Shown: positions 28,790 to 38,425 of the stretch, in pieces
Layout: every line of letters starts with the position of its first letter
How positions within the stretch are numbered: the stretch's first letter is position 1
Source of the DNA: an uncultured Gammaproteobacteria bacterium
Lineage (GTDB): Bacteria; Patescibacteriota; Patescibacteriia; UBA1558; UBA10009
NCBI GenBank assembly: GCA_964588165.1
Contig: CAZPMS010000001.1
Location: 27,303-91,302 of the forward strand
Direction: 5' to 3'
DNA: 64,000 nt
Translations under genes and position numbers: made by a program
The notes under the pieces: model-generated
Databases searched by the model: none
What the model saw: the letters and a program-made list of their open reading frames with translations, nothing else
What the model was told of the DNA's origin: nothing

Positions 28790-29611
28790 TTACCAAGCAG
28801 TCCAACCGCCGTCTATTACTAAATTAGCACCTGTCATATAACTGGAAGCATCACTGGCCAAAAAGATTACTCCACCATTTAATTCATCTTTTTTTGCCAT
28901 TCTGCCCAAAGGAGTTCTTTTGTTATATTCTTCCAAAAATGATTCGTCTTGATTATTAAAAACTCCTCCTGGAGTTAAAGTGTTAACCCTAACGCCATCT
29001 TTTGCCCAGTAAGTTGCCAAATATCTGGTTAAGTTAACTAAAGCTGATTTTGTGGCGCTGTAAGATGCAGGTTTAGTAAATTTTTCCGGCATGCTTTCAT
29101 AAATCCTTTGATCAGGAGAAACTAACCCATAGGTTGAACAAATATTTATAATGCTGCCTTTTTTATTGGCTGCCATCCTGGCACCTATAACCTGGCAGGG
29201 TAAAAAAACGCCAGTTAAATTGACTTCCAAAACTTTATTCCAAATTTCTAAAGGATAACCCTCAAAAGTTGCTGTAGCTTCACTGCCAGAACCTGGTGGG
29301 TTATCCAGTGCCGCACAGTTAATTAAAACTTCCGGAATGCCTAAGTCTGCTTCCACCTTCTTTAAGGTTTCTGAAAGTTGATCTTTATTAGTAACACTGA
29401 CTTTATAATATTTAACATTATTAACTTCTTTAAGGTCACCAGTTAACTCATCACTAATATCAAAAACAGCCACTTTGGCGCCTGCATCAGCTAAGGCTTT
29501 GGAAAAATTTGAACCCAGTTGCCCATTACCGCCAGTTATAATTGCTACTTTATTTATTAGACTGAAGATGTTTTCGATATAATTCATATTATTTAAATTA
29601 CCAATTAACAA
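28790..29611 (-). CDS. SDR-family oxidoreductase
   Basis: AIITGGNGQLGS Rossmann, YSATK catalytic YxxxK. The start could alternatively be M9 (29587). Confidence 0.85.
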   Translation of the reverse strand: MLIGNLNNMNYIENIFSLINKVAIITGGNGQLGSNFSKALADAGAKVAVFDISDELTGDLKEVNNVKYYKVSVTNKDQLSETLKKVEADLGIPEVLINCAALDNPPGSGSEATATFEGYPLEIWNKVLEVNLTGVFLPCQVIGARMAANKKGSIINICSTYGLVSPDQRIYESMPEKFTKPASYSATKSALVNLTRYLATYWAKDGVRVNTLTPGGVFNNQDESFLEEYNKRTPLGRMAKKDELNGGVIFLASDASSYMTGANLVIDGGWTAW

Positions 29612-29699
29612 TTTCCAATTGCCAATAAATTTTTAATTTGAAATTAATTAATTTATTAATTGATTGGATATTAGTAATTGGAAATTGGATATTTAATTC

Positions 29700-30800
29700 T
29701 TACCAATATAGTGCTTCTTTAGGGATTACCGTATCTTCCTCAATATCTATTTTGGCTACCTTGCCTAAAAGTTCGTTTATTTTATAAGGCTTAAGGCCGC
29801 TGCCTGGGCTTTTAACCGTCAGCATCTCTACAGATATAGGCGTACCGGTAGAAATCCTGGTTTTGGCCACAATACTTTTTGAATGTTTTTCTCTGGCCCT
29901 TACTTCTGATTGCCTGATTTTTTTATGGGGATCACCCAAAGCTTTTTCCAACTTCCTAATGTGGTAAACCAAATCTTTAAGTTCATTCATATCCAAGCTG
30001 ACTGTGGTGTGGTCTGGGCCTGGCAGATTTTTATCAACTGTTATATGTCTTTCCACTGTACAGGCTCCCATGGCAGCCGACATAATGGTTGGCATTATGC
30101 CCTTTTCATGTCCGGAGTAACCGATTGGCAATGGCCCGTATCTTTCTATTAAGGTTTTTAGATTATTTAAATGGACATCTCCAAGCGGTGTTGGATAAGT
30201 AGAAACGCAGTGGTTAATTATCAGTTGATTATTATGCTTTAAAATTAAATCAATTGCCCTATCCATTTCTTCTATGGTAGACATACCTACAGAAAGAAAG
30301 ATTGGTTTTTTTAGCTTAGCAATCTTTTCCAAAAGATCATGGTAAGTTACATCAAAAGAAGAAATTTTATAACCATCCACTCCAAGTTCTTCTAAAAAAT
30401 CCACGCTTTTTAAATCAAATGGTGTTACAAAAAAGAAAGCTCCCAGTTTTTCTGTATGTTTTTTAAGTTCCCTAAATTCATCCATGGTAAGTTCTTGGAA
30501 CTCACGGTATTCACCATATGTTTTGCCAAATTCTAAAGTTTTGGTCTGTTTTTTATCCCGCATTTCCTTTATAAAAACATCGTCTACAGACCTTTTTTGG
30601 AATTTAACTGCATCAGCACCTGCAGCCACAGCCTCTGTAATATGCCTTTTGGCCAGTTCCACATCGCCATTATGGTTGCAGCCAACTTCGGCCACCACAA
30701 AAACCGGTTTATTTTTGCCCACCAATCGGTTGCCCACTGCTACTTGCTCGGGTATATCCAAGTGCTCAAATGGCCTCTTGGAAGCTGAATCAATTGTCAT
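29700..30800 (-). CDS. NeuB-family nonulosonic acid synthase, full length with C-terminal SAF domain
   Basis: VFVVAEVGCNHNGDVELAKR...GADAVKFQKRS; C-terminal antifreeze-like SAF fold (VAKIDIEEDTVIPKEAL). Confidence 0.85.
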   Translation of the reverse strand: MTIDSASKRPFEHLDIPEQVAVGNRLVGKNKPVFVVAEVGCNHNGDVELAKRHITEAVAAGADAVKFQKRSVDDVFIKEMRDKKQTKTLEFGKTYGEYREFQELTMDEFRELKKHTEKLGAFFFVTPFDLKSVDFLEELGVDGYKISSFDVTYHDLLEKIAKLKKPIFLSVGMSTIEEMDRAIDLILKHNNQLIINHCVSTYPTPLGDVHLNNLKTLIERYGPLPIGYSGHEKGIMPTIMSAAMGACTVERHITVDKNLPGPDHTTVSLDMNELKDLVYHIRKLEKALGDPHKKIRQSEVRAREKHSKSIVAKTRISTGTPISVEMLTVKSPGSGLKPYKINELLGKVAKIDIEEDTVIPKEALYW

Positions 30801-30906
30801 ATTTCTTTAATAATTACTACTTAAAAAGCATGGGTAGCAATGCCCTGCGCTTTCCATTTTTTATAATAGAAATGGTGCAGGGTAAATATTACTATAACAA
30901 AAAACC

Positions 30907-31569
30907 TCAAATTTCGTCAAGTTTAAACTCATTTATGGAATTTAACCTTAAATTTGCCAGTTTTTCCATAATTTCTACATTTTTTTTAGGATATGGAATA
31001 GCTACTGTAAACATACCTGCTGCTTTAGCTGCCTTTACTCCTTTTAGGTCATTTTCAAAAACCAAGCAATCTTTAGGATTAACTTCCAATCTTTTGGCCG
31101 CTAATAAAAAAACTTCAGGATCTGGTTTATTATTTTTTCCCTCATGAGTTGAAGTCAAGACTGAAAAATATTCACTCCAGCCAAAATAGTTAACCACAAA
31201 CTCAATTATTTTTAAATTCATTCCTGAAGCAATGGCCATAGGCAATTCATTTTTTTTGAAAATCTTAAGTATTTCATTTACTCCAGGTAAAACTTCTAAT
31301 TCATTTTTATATATCTCAAACATCTTTTGCATCCTTAAATCCATAATCTGTTCAGGTGATTCCTCTTTATTAAAAATCTCCTTGAGTTTAGACATAATCT
31401 CTTTTAGTTGAATTATTTCCGATTTCATCTTCAACCAGATTGGCTGCCACTCTTGCCAGGCAGCCTCACCTAAATATTCAGTAAAAAATACCTGGTCAAT
31501 TTCTGGCCAAAGTTTTTCTGAATCCACTAAAAGATTGTCCATGTCAAAAATTACTGCTTGATATTTCAT
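30907..31569 (-). CDS. HAD-IA family phosphatase (candidate NulO-9-phosphate/sugar phosphatase)
   Basis: VIFDMDNLLVDSE (DxD motif I), 220 aa. Confidence 0.8.
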   Translation of the reverse strand: MKYQAVIFDMDNLLVDSEKLWPEIDQVFFTEYLGEAAWQEWQPIWLKMKSEIIQLKEIMSKLKEIFNKEESPEQIMDLRMQKMFEIYKNELEVLPGVNEILKIFKKNELPMAIASGMNLKIIEFVVNYFGWSEYFSVLTSTHEGKNNKPDPEVFLLAAKRLEVNPKDCLVFENDLKGVKAAKAAGMFTVAIPYPKKNVEIMEKLANLRLNSINEFKLDEI

Positions 31570-31572
31570 ATA

Positions 31573-32289
31573 TTATTTTTCTAATCTTTTTTTAAGAAGT
31601 TGCTCTGCTATTAAAAAATCTTTTTCATCATCAATATCAACCGCATCTAGCTTATCAATCTTATGAAATAGAATCTTGTTACCTGATAATGATTTATCTT
31701 TCATCAATGTATCATACTTTACGGCAATTACATCTGTATGTGAAAGAGCCTCGGGAAACGATTGCCTTGGTTGATTTGCAATATCAGGTCCGGTAATTTC
31801 TTCCGGCATAAATGGCTTTAATTGTTTGCCCTCAACTCTCCATAATTTATATGGATGCTTAGATGCTTCAATTACAGTTCTGCATGAAGTGGCTTCTTTA
31901 TCTCCAGCTAATAGCTCTATGCACTTATCAATGGATTCTGTTTTACATAATGCAGAAGTAGCTGGTAAACGCAATATAATATCCGGCTTCCAATTTTCAT
32001 TCTCCTCAAACCATTTAACTGCATGGGTTAAGTATTTAATATCCAGTGCTTTATCATCAGATATTTCTTTAGGCCTTAAAAAGGGCGCTTCAGCTCCGTA
32101 CTTTTTGGCAATATCAGCATATTCTTGTGAATCAGTAGAAATAATTAGCTTATCAATTAACTTGGAAGCTTTAGCTGCCTCGGTTATCCAAGCTAAAAGA
32201 GGTTTACCGAGCAGCAGTTTAATATTTTTATGAGGCAGCGCTTTAGAACCTGACCTGGCTCCAATAACTGCTAAAACATTTAAATTCAT
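31573..32289 (-). CDS. Second nonulosonate/acylneuraminate cytidylyltransferase (CTP_transf_3)
   Basis: LAVIGARSGSKALPHKNIKLLLGKPLLAW. Confidence 0.85.
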   Translation of the reverse strand: MNLNVLAVIGARSGSKALPHKNIKLLLGKPLLAWITEAAKASKLIDKLIISTDSQEYADIAKKYGAEAPFLRPKEISDDKALDIKYLTHAVKWFEENENWKPDIILRLPATSALCKTESIDKCIELLAGDKEATSCRTVIEASKHPYKLWRVEGKQLKPFMPEEITGPDIANQPRQSFPEALSHTDVIAVKYDTLMKDKSLSGNKILFHKIDKLDAVDIDDEKDFLIAEQLLKKRLEK

Positions 32290-32292
32290 AAT

Positions 32293-33669
32293 CTAAAGAT
32301 TCTTAATTATATAATTATACATTCTCTTGCCTGTTTGGCCGTCTGAATGCTTGCACTGCTCCCTAACTATCCTTTGCCTGCCTTCAGCGTCTTGCTGAGG
32401 GTTTTTTAAATACATATTTATTATCTCACCCAGTTCTTGTTTATTATTGGCCGGCCGTTCACCACCTGTGGCCACAATTTGACGGTAATGAGTGTAATCT
32501 CTTAAGCGTTTGATTGAAAACAAATATTTTTTCTTGGCTTTGCCGTCGTAATTAATATTGATGACCGGCTTATCAAAAATACTGGCTTCAATAACTATAG
32601 TACAGTAGTTGGTAATCAATAAATCCAAATGGTAAAACAAGTTGGTGAAAAAATCATCATCTTCCTGCTTTATTTCCCAGCTTTGTTCTTCACCCACAAA
32701 CTCGCAAGGTTGGTTATAAATGAATCCGTAATTTTTAATTTTGCCAATAAGCTCATCAGACAAGGCATATTTAGGATAAGTTCTGATTAAAAACTTATGT
32801 GGCACTTCAATTTTATTTTCTTTTTTTAACTCATTCATGTCGCCGATTACATCGTCATAATTTGGTGAAGTATTTGTAGAAGACAAGCCATAAACAACCA
32901 ATTTCTTATCCAGCGGACAACCAATCTGCTTAAAAAATTCCTCTTTAGAAACTATAGCCTCTTTTTTAAAATACCTGTCATATTTTATTACGCCAACCAC
33001 TTCAATATCTTTCTTTTTAATATCGCCCATACTTATAGACTCTTGTTTTACAAAATCGGTAGTAACAATATATTTATCTGATTTATGGAAGATAAACAGC
33101 TTAGAATTCAAATTATCCCAGCTTAAAATATAGGAAACAGTCTTAATTCCTTTTTCTCTGGCCCTTTTTAACATTCTAAATTCATCAAACCTTAAAAGGT
33201 TAACAGCATAAATTAAATCAGGCTGGTATTTGGCAAATAAATTATCATAATGTGAACCATCCGCAAACTTTTTAAACAAAATTCTTATAAATTCCCGCCA
33301 AGGCCGAAGTTTAGCTAAATACCAAAAAAGTCTTTTAGCTAAAAATGTTATAAGCTTCCTTAAAAAACTCATATTTTTTACATCAGTAAAAAACCTTTGA
33401 TGATGAATCTTGATAGTTCTAGTGGAAATACCGCTTTTGCCCATAAAATAAACTAAAGCTTCTGGCTTAGTTTTAGCTTTTTTTTCTGCAACCGCTTCTA
33501 CGATAACATTATCCGACTCATAACTTTCTTTATAGTAGTCAACCTTACCCCTGGGGACCAACAAAATAACTTTTAAGTCATTATTCTTTTTTAAGGAATC
33601 AAAAAATTCCGACCGCAGCAGATCTCTGGCCTGGAAGCCTGTTTCTATGGTAATAAATATTGTTTTCAT
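32293..33669 (-). CDS. Uncharacterised GT-B-like protein, paralog 3 of 3
   Basis: 458 aa; MKTIFITIETGFQARDL..., KYQPDLIY, SWDNL, DIEVVGVIKYDRYF blocks shared with paralogs 1 and 2. Confidence 0.5.
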   Translation of the reverse strand: MKTIFITIETGFQARDLLRSEFFDSLKKNNDLKVILLVPRGKVDYYKESYESDNVIVEAVAEKKAKTKPEALVYFMGKSGISTRTIKIHHQRFFTDVKNMSFLRKLITFLAKRLFWYLAKLRPWREFIRILFKKFADGSHYDNLFAKYQPDLIYAVNLLRFDEFRMLKRAREKGIKTVSYILSWDNLNSKLFIFHKSDKYIVTTDFVKQESISMGDIKKKDIEVVGVIKYDRYFKKEAIVSKEEFFKQIGCPLDKKLVVYGLSSTNTSPNYDDVIGDMNELKKENKIEVPHKFLIRTYPKYALSDELIGKIKNYGFIYNQPCEFVGEEQSWEIKQEDDDFFTNLFYHLDLLITNYCTIVIEASIFDKPVININYDGKAKKKYLFSIKRLRDYTHYRQIVATGGERPANNKQELGEIINMYLKNPQQDAEGRQRIVREQCKHSDGQTGKRMYNYIIKNL

Positions 33670-35054
33670 AACTTGTTGGATATATTTGATAATTTGTTTT
33701 TAGATTTAGTTAAAATATTTTTTATTATTTCTAAATCAAATTGAGTAAATTTAAACATACCTGTAAATGCGTGCCATTTTAAACCTAATTTTTTTATAGT
33801 GCTAAAATAAATTATCAATCCCACTAAAAAATTGCTTATTATAAATTCAAAAGCCATACCGTAGATCCCAAATATTGGCAAAAGTAAAGAATTTAAAATA
33901 ATCACTAAAAATATTTTTAAAACAGGAAAGTAGGCTAGAATTTTCTGCTGTCTTAGGCTGAACAGTATAGAATTAGCAAACCTGTTTACCCCACCAAAGC
34001 TAAGAGGCACCACGCTTAAAATCATAAAAATTGGTATAGATGCCCAATACTTAGGGAAGGCAATATAAACAAAAATTGGCATCAAAATAAGACCGGCTAA
34101 ATAAGTTAAAACCAAAATTATGGTTGAATATTTGCTACCGTAAATAAAAGCTCTTTTAAGGCGACTTCTATCTTTAATAATTTCCGGCAGTAATTGGTTA
34201 ACAACTTTTTTAATCGGAATCAATCCATCTAAATGGGTATAAAGGTTCTTGCCAAAATTATAAATAGCCACTGCTTCGGTACTGATAAAAAATTTAATCA
34301 GCCAGGGCTTAATATTTTTTTGGATTTTTGAGACAACCCCGGCAAAAATATTCCACTTGCCATGAGCTTTTATAATCTTCCATAATTCCAGATTTTTTAA
34401 ATCTATTTTAAAACCGCTAAACCAGCACATTAGATCTTTCCGGTTGTAAAAAAAGATAAAAATAATAGTTAAAAAATTAGCCACCACCATGGTAAAAATA
34501 ATCTTGGCTATACCTGGATCAAAATAAAATACTATCGTAAGAAGTATCACAATCTTTATTAGTTCTTTCAAAAAAGTAAAACTACCCATTTGGAAAAACT
34601 TTTTATTAACTTTAAAATTAATTCTTAAAAAATTATCCAAACCCCTAAATAAAACTAAAAACGCTCCTAACTTAATAAATAAGCTGATTGAATTATAGCC
34701 ATATTGGCTGGCAATCATCTCGGCGCCAAAAAATAAAACAGCAAAAGCAATAAAACCCAGTATAATCTTAGTTATAAAATATTCTTGAAAAATTTTTTTG
34801 GCCTTAGATAGTTCCCCTTTCCCCCGCTCTATCATAATATCGGTAGCCACTAACTGATCCATGCTTTCAAATAAAATTGAGCTGGCAAAACCGATTATTG
34901 CCAAAACTAAAACATATAGTCCATATTCATAAATTGTTAAAAGGTATAAAACAATAAATGAATTAACAATTCCTATTACCTGGCTCAAGGTTCCCCAAGA
35001 ACCCAAAAAAACTGTGCCTTTTAATGCTTCGGCTGTTAATGATTTTTGGCTCAT
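33666..35054 (-). CDS. Wzx-like polysaccharide/oligosaccharide flippase (MOP superfamily)
   Basis: 462 aa, ~12 TM, no soluble domain; overlaps neighbours by 4 nt. Confidence 0.65.
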   Translation of the reverse strand: MSQKSLTAEALKGTVFLGSWGTLSQVIGIVNSFIVLYLLTIYEYGLYVLVLAIIGFASSILFESMDQLVATDIMIERGKGELSKAKKIFQEYFITKIILGFIAFAVLFFGAEMIASQYGYNSISLFIKLGAFLVLFRGLDNFLRINFKVNKKFFQMGSFTFLKELIKIVILLTIVFYFDPGIAKIIFTMVVANFLTIIFIFFYNRKDLMCWFSGFKIDLKNLELWKIIKAHGKWNIFAGVVSKIQKNIKPWLIKFFISTEAVAIYNFGKNLYTHLDGLIPIKKVVNQLLPEIIKDRSRLKRAFIYGSKYSTIILVLTYLAGLILMPIFVYIAFPKYWASIPIFMILSVVPLSFGGVNRFANSILFSLRQQKILAYFPVLKIFLVIILNSLLLPIFGIYGMAFEFIISNFLVGLIIYFSTIKKLGLKWHAFTGMFKFTQFDLEIIKNILTKSKNKLSNISNKL

Positions 35055-36232
35055 AAAATTGATTTATAGATATCAACCAATTTGCTTGCGGACTTTTCCC
35101 AGGAAAAAACCTGGCCTCTGGCTAATCCTTTACTTGTTAATTGTTCTTTTAATTCCTGATTTTGTAAAACCTGATCAATGCCGGCAGCAATATCACTTAA
35201 ATCCAAAGGGTCAACATATTTTACTGCATCACCGGCCACTTCTTTATAAACCGGAATATCAGATACCACTTGGGCAACCCCAACTTTCATCGCTTCAACC
35301 AATGGCAGCCCAAAACCTTCATTTAAACTTAAATTTACGGCCAGGTCTGCCGCACCATAAATTGCTGGCATATCTTCTGCCTCTATATCTTTAGTAATTA
35401 TTACATCATTTTCAAGATTATTTTCTTTAATAATATTATCCACTTTTTCTGAATAATCTTTTAAATGCCTTCCGCCAACCAATATTAAATATTGATTGAT
35501 TTTATATTCCCTTTTTAATTTGGCATAAGCTTTAACTAAACGGTGGACATTTTTATGCGGATCAAAACGGCCTACCTGGACAATATAAGGTTGTTTAATA
35601 TTATATTTCTTTTTTAAAACATCCCGGCATCCCGGCATCCCGGCATCCTCGATTGGCCTAAAATTATCTTTGCAACTATTATAAAAATAATTAATTTTAT
35701 CTGATTTAATATTATAGTATTTTGCGATCTGCTTTTTGCCGGTTTCTGAAACAGCTAAAAATATATCCACAAAAGGTTTGGCCAAATATTTAATATGGAA
35801 ATTCCACCAACTGCCGGCTTTCCTAAAATGCTTAGGGGTGAACTTATCCGGCGCACCATGCAAGGTAACAACAAACTTTTTTATCTTGCCCCGCCACTTA
35901 GCAATTAAAAATCCCGGGTACAGATTGTGTCTGGGCACCATAAAAATATCAAACTTTTCTTTGGTGGTTATAAAAAACCATAGCCAGGAAAAAGTCCCTG
36001 ATAGCATTGGTAGCTTAAAGGTTTTAATGGTAATATTTTTTGCCAGCTTACAAACAGGGTGGTGGCATTTGCCCTCCCTGTGCACCAAAGTTAAATCAAT
36101 CTGATCAGCATAGTTATTTACCAGCTGCTCAATCAGTTTTTGGGAATAAGTGGCTTGGCCTTTGGTTTTCCTGTCTATGTCGTCTGTAAACCAAGCAACT
36201 TTAATTTTGTTATTATTTTTCATTTGATTCAT
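35051..36232 (-). CDS. GT4 family glycosyltransferase
   Basis: EGFGLPLVEAM motif. The ORF-track start (36319) reads 29 extra codons through a GC-rich repeat; the start was moved to M30 (MNQMKNNNKIKVAWF). Confidence 0.8.
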   Translation of the reverse strand: MNQMKNNNKIKVAWFTDDIDRKTKGQATYSQKLIEQLVNNYADQIDLTLVHREGKCHHPVCKLAKNITIKTFKLPMLSGTFSWLWFFITTKEKFDIFMVPRHNLYPGFLIAKWRGKIKKFVVTLHGAPDKFTPKHFRKAGSWWNFHIKYLAKPFVDIFLAVSETGKKQIAKYYNIKSDKINYFYNSCKDNFRPIEDAGMPGCRDVLKKKYNIKQPYIVQVGRFDPHKNVHRLVKAYAKLKREYKINQYLILVGGRHLKDYSEKVDNIIKENNLENDVIITKDIEAEDMPAIYGAADLAVNLSLNEGFGLPLVEAMKVGVAQVVSDIPVYKEVAGDAVKYVDPLDLSDIAAGIDQVLQNQELKEQLTSKGLARGQVFSWEKSASKLVDIYKSIL

Positions 36233-36343
36233 AGTCCGTGAAAGTCTGTGTCTGACCGCGTCGTCTGTGCTTGACTGCGAAAGTCCGTACAGACATACAC
36301 GGGCAAATACAGACGACACTGACCTACGCGGACCTGCACAGAC
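36233..36343. repeat. GC-rich palindromic element, family B (GTCGGTGTCGTCTGTAC.../...CGGACGACACGGAC), inverted orientation copy
   Basis: Shares >20-nt blocks (gaaagtccgt, acagacgacac, gacctgcac) with the reverse complement of the copies at 51367-51491 and 52596-52735. Confidence 0.6.
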
Positions 36344-36652
36344 TTATTTATTACCCTCTCCAATATTCTTATTCTTCTTTATAAAATATAAATTCCTGAT
36401 ATAAATTAAAATTGCTAAAAGTTGGCCCAAGAAGAAAACCGGATCACGCCTTACTATAGCGTAAACAAAAATTATTAAAGCGCCAATAATGCTTAAGTAC
36501 CAAAAATAAATTGGTATCACGCTCATTTTTGCTTTTTCTGAATACCACCACTGCACTACAAACCTTAAAAAGAAAATAAATTGCCCTAAAAAGCCGACAA
36601 TTAGCCAGTAGTCGTAGTTTATTGATTCGAGATAACTAATTATATTATCCAT
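36344..36652 (-). CDS. LAB_N (lipid-A-biosynthesis N-terminal domain) small membrane protein, usual partner of polyprenol-P-sugar GT2 enzymes
   Basis: WLIVGFLGQFIFFLRFVVQWWYSEKAKMSVIPIYFWYLSIIGALI...RRDPVFFLGQ signature. Confidence 0.75.
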   Translation of the reverse strand: MDNIISYLESINYDYWLIVGFLGQFIFFLRFVVQWWYSEKAKMSVIPIYFWYLSIIGALIIFVYAIVRRDPVFFLGQLLAILIYIRNLYFIKKNKNIGEGNK

Positions 36653-36706
36653 GTCCTAAATTAATTAATAATTAATGATTAAAAAATAATGATCAATCAT
36701 TAATTT

Positions 36707-38425
36707 TCAATTTTTATTTATTAATCTGTATACCTCTACAAAAGGCCCATACCCTTGTATATTGTTTAAAGTATCATCAACTTCTCTAGGTGAATTAGGA
36801 ATGTCGTAAATTACTTCCAAGCTGTCTGACGGATAAAATTCTTGAATCAATACTTTATCAAATTTTTCTAAAGCACTATAGCGTTCCCACTTGCTGGGAA
36901 TCTTTAAATAATCTTTCTGCCAATATGAAACAATATAATAATCGGCCCTAACTCCCTCTACAAATAATTTATCAAAATCCAAATGGTGCCAATCATAAAT
37001 AAAGTAATTGGGTTTAGGATAATTTTCATCAGTCAATTGGCTTAGATATTTATCTTTAGTGTTTACCCAAAAGCTGTTGTTGTATCTTAAAAATTCAATG
37101 CTTTTTTTATCCTTTACTAGGGCGTGGATTATATCTTCTTCATCAATAATAACTCTGCTACCTGCCGGAATATTTTCCCCAATCCAATCAAGGGTTTGGA
37201 TTCTGGTATCGGTAACTGTAAATTTTTGCAAAAACCTGGCATCTGTATAAAATGCCGGAATTAATAAAATAACGGCTAAAATATAAGTTAGGCCTTTTTT
37301 TTCTTTAATTTTAAATTTTAAAATAACTTGATATAAGCCGTAGGCGGCAAATAAAAGCAAGATCGGTATTAGTGGAATGTTAAATCTATGGAAAGCTTTG
37401 GAAAAGAAGAAAAACAAGGAAAACAAATAAATTATAGGAAAGCCGATAAATAGCCATTTTTCAAACCAATTCCAAATTTTATTTTTAAAGATGAAATAAA
37501 AACCTGCTACTGCAAATAACAATAAATATTTTAAATCATACAATAAAGAGACCAGAATGGTTTTAATGTTCTCAACTATATCAGAGCTTCTTTCCACATT
37601 GGAAATTTGCTCAAAATTAAATTCAACCCCAAAATTACTCAAGACTATGGCTATCACCCTGCCAAATTGGCGCAGGATTGAATGAGTATTGCCTAAAATA
37701 AAAAAGGTGACGATTACCAATAAAATTACTAAGCTAATAATTATTTTTTTATTAAAAAACTGGTTAAAGTTTTTCGGCCTAAGATAATATGCATGAGCCA
37801 GCAGTAGCCAAGGCACCAATAAAATTGCCAAAAGGCCGGTGCCAAAACCTAGGCCCATAAAAACGGCAGACCAATAATAATATTTTTTACTGCCGGTTTT
37901 TGCCAGTTGCCATAATAAATAAACGGCCACTAAAATAAAAAAGCCTAAGGGTATCCAAAACCTGCCGGATACTGAACCATGCAAATGCAAAAAATCAAAA
38001 GCTAACCATAATGAGGCAACAACGCCAATTAATGGATTAAACAATTTTTTACCAAACTTATATAAAAACCAAACAGTTAAAGTTCCAAATAAAATTGAAA
38101 TTATCCGAGTGAAAATTAATAGTTGTTCGCTGTTTAATAAAACAAACTCTTTATAACCGGTAAGACCGGCAAATTGGCCAAAGACCATACCAACTAAACC
38201 GTAGATGACAATAAATGGCATTAATAAATATGAGGTTAAAGGCGGTAGATAGCTAAATGCCAGCCACAATGTTTTTTGGTCCATCATTTTTAAAGCATTG
38301 GCCAATTGGATGTACTCATCGCCAAACAGCCTTAAAGGCAAGCCGTAATTAATTGGCAGCAACCTTATTAACAGAGCTGCCAACAAAATTCCTATTAAGA
38401 CCCAAGTTGTTTTTGCAAATTTCAT
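36707..38425 (-). CDS. GT-C fold glycosyltransferase, GT39/GT83 (PMT / ArnT-like) family
   Basis: 572 aa polytopic; first periplasmic loop carries GDEY (DE motif), as in ArnT/Pmt. Confidence 0.75.
   Translation of the reverse strand: MKFAKTTWVLIGILLAALLIRLLPINYGLPLRLFGDEYIQLANALKMMDQKTLWLAFSYLPPLTSYLLMPFIVIYGLVGMVFGQFAGLTGYKEFVLLNSEQLLIFTRIISILFGTLTVWFLYKFGKKLFNPLIGVVASLWLAFDFLHLHGSVSGRFWIPLGFFILVAVYLLWQLAKTGSKKYYYWSAVFMGLGFGTGLLAILLVPWLLLAHAYYLRPKNFNQFFNKKIIISLVILLVIVTFFILGNTHSILRQFGRVIAIVLSNFGVEFNFEQISNVERSSDIVENIKTILVSLLYDLKYLLLFAVAGFYFIFKNKIWNWFEKWLFIGFPIIYLFSLFFFFSKAFHRFNIPLIPILLLFAAYGLYQVILKFKIKEKKGLTYILAVILLIPAFYTDARFLQKFTVTDTRIQTLDWIGENIPAGSRVIIDEEDIIHALVKDKKSIEFLRYNNSFWVNTKDKYLSQLTDENYPKPNYFIYDWHHLDFDKLFVEGVRADYYIVSYWQKDYLKIPSKWERYSALEKFDKVLIQEFYPSDSLEVIYDIPNSPREVDDTLNNIQGYGPFVEVYRLINKN

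Noticed and set aside
36233-36319. N-terminal extensions in track ORFs 35051-36319, 50428-51441 and 44569-45867 (MSSVFARVCLYGL..., MKVRYYTDIHRQVQTT..., MDICSTPRPAPYGRLLAG...)
   Set aside because: The extra codons are translations of GC-rich palindromic repeats or spacers. Internal Met codons (36232, 51357, 44647) give N-termini that match the protein families.
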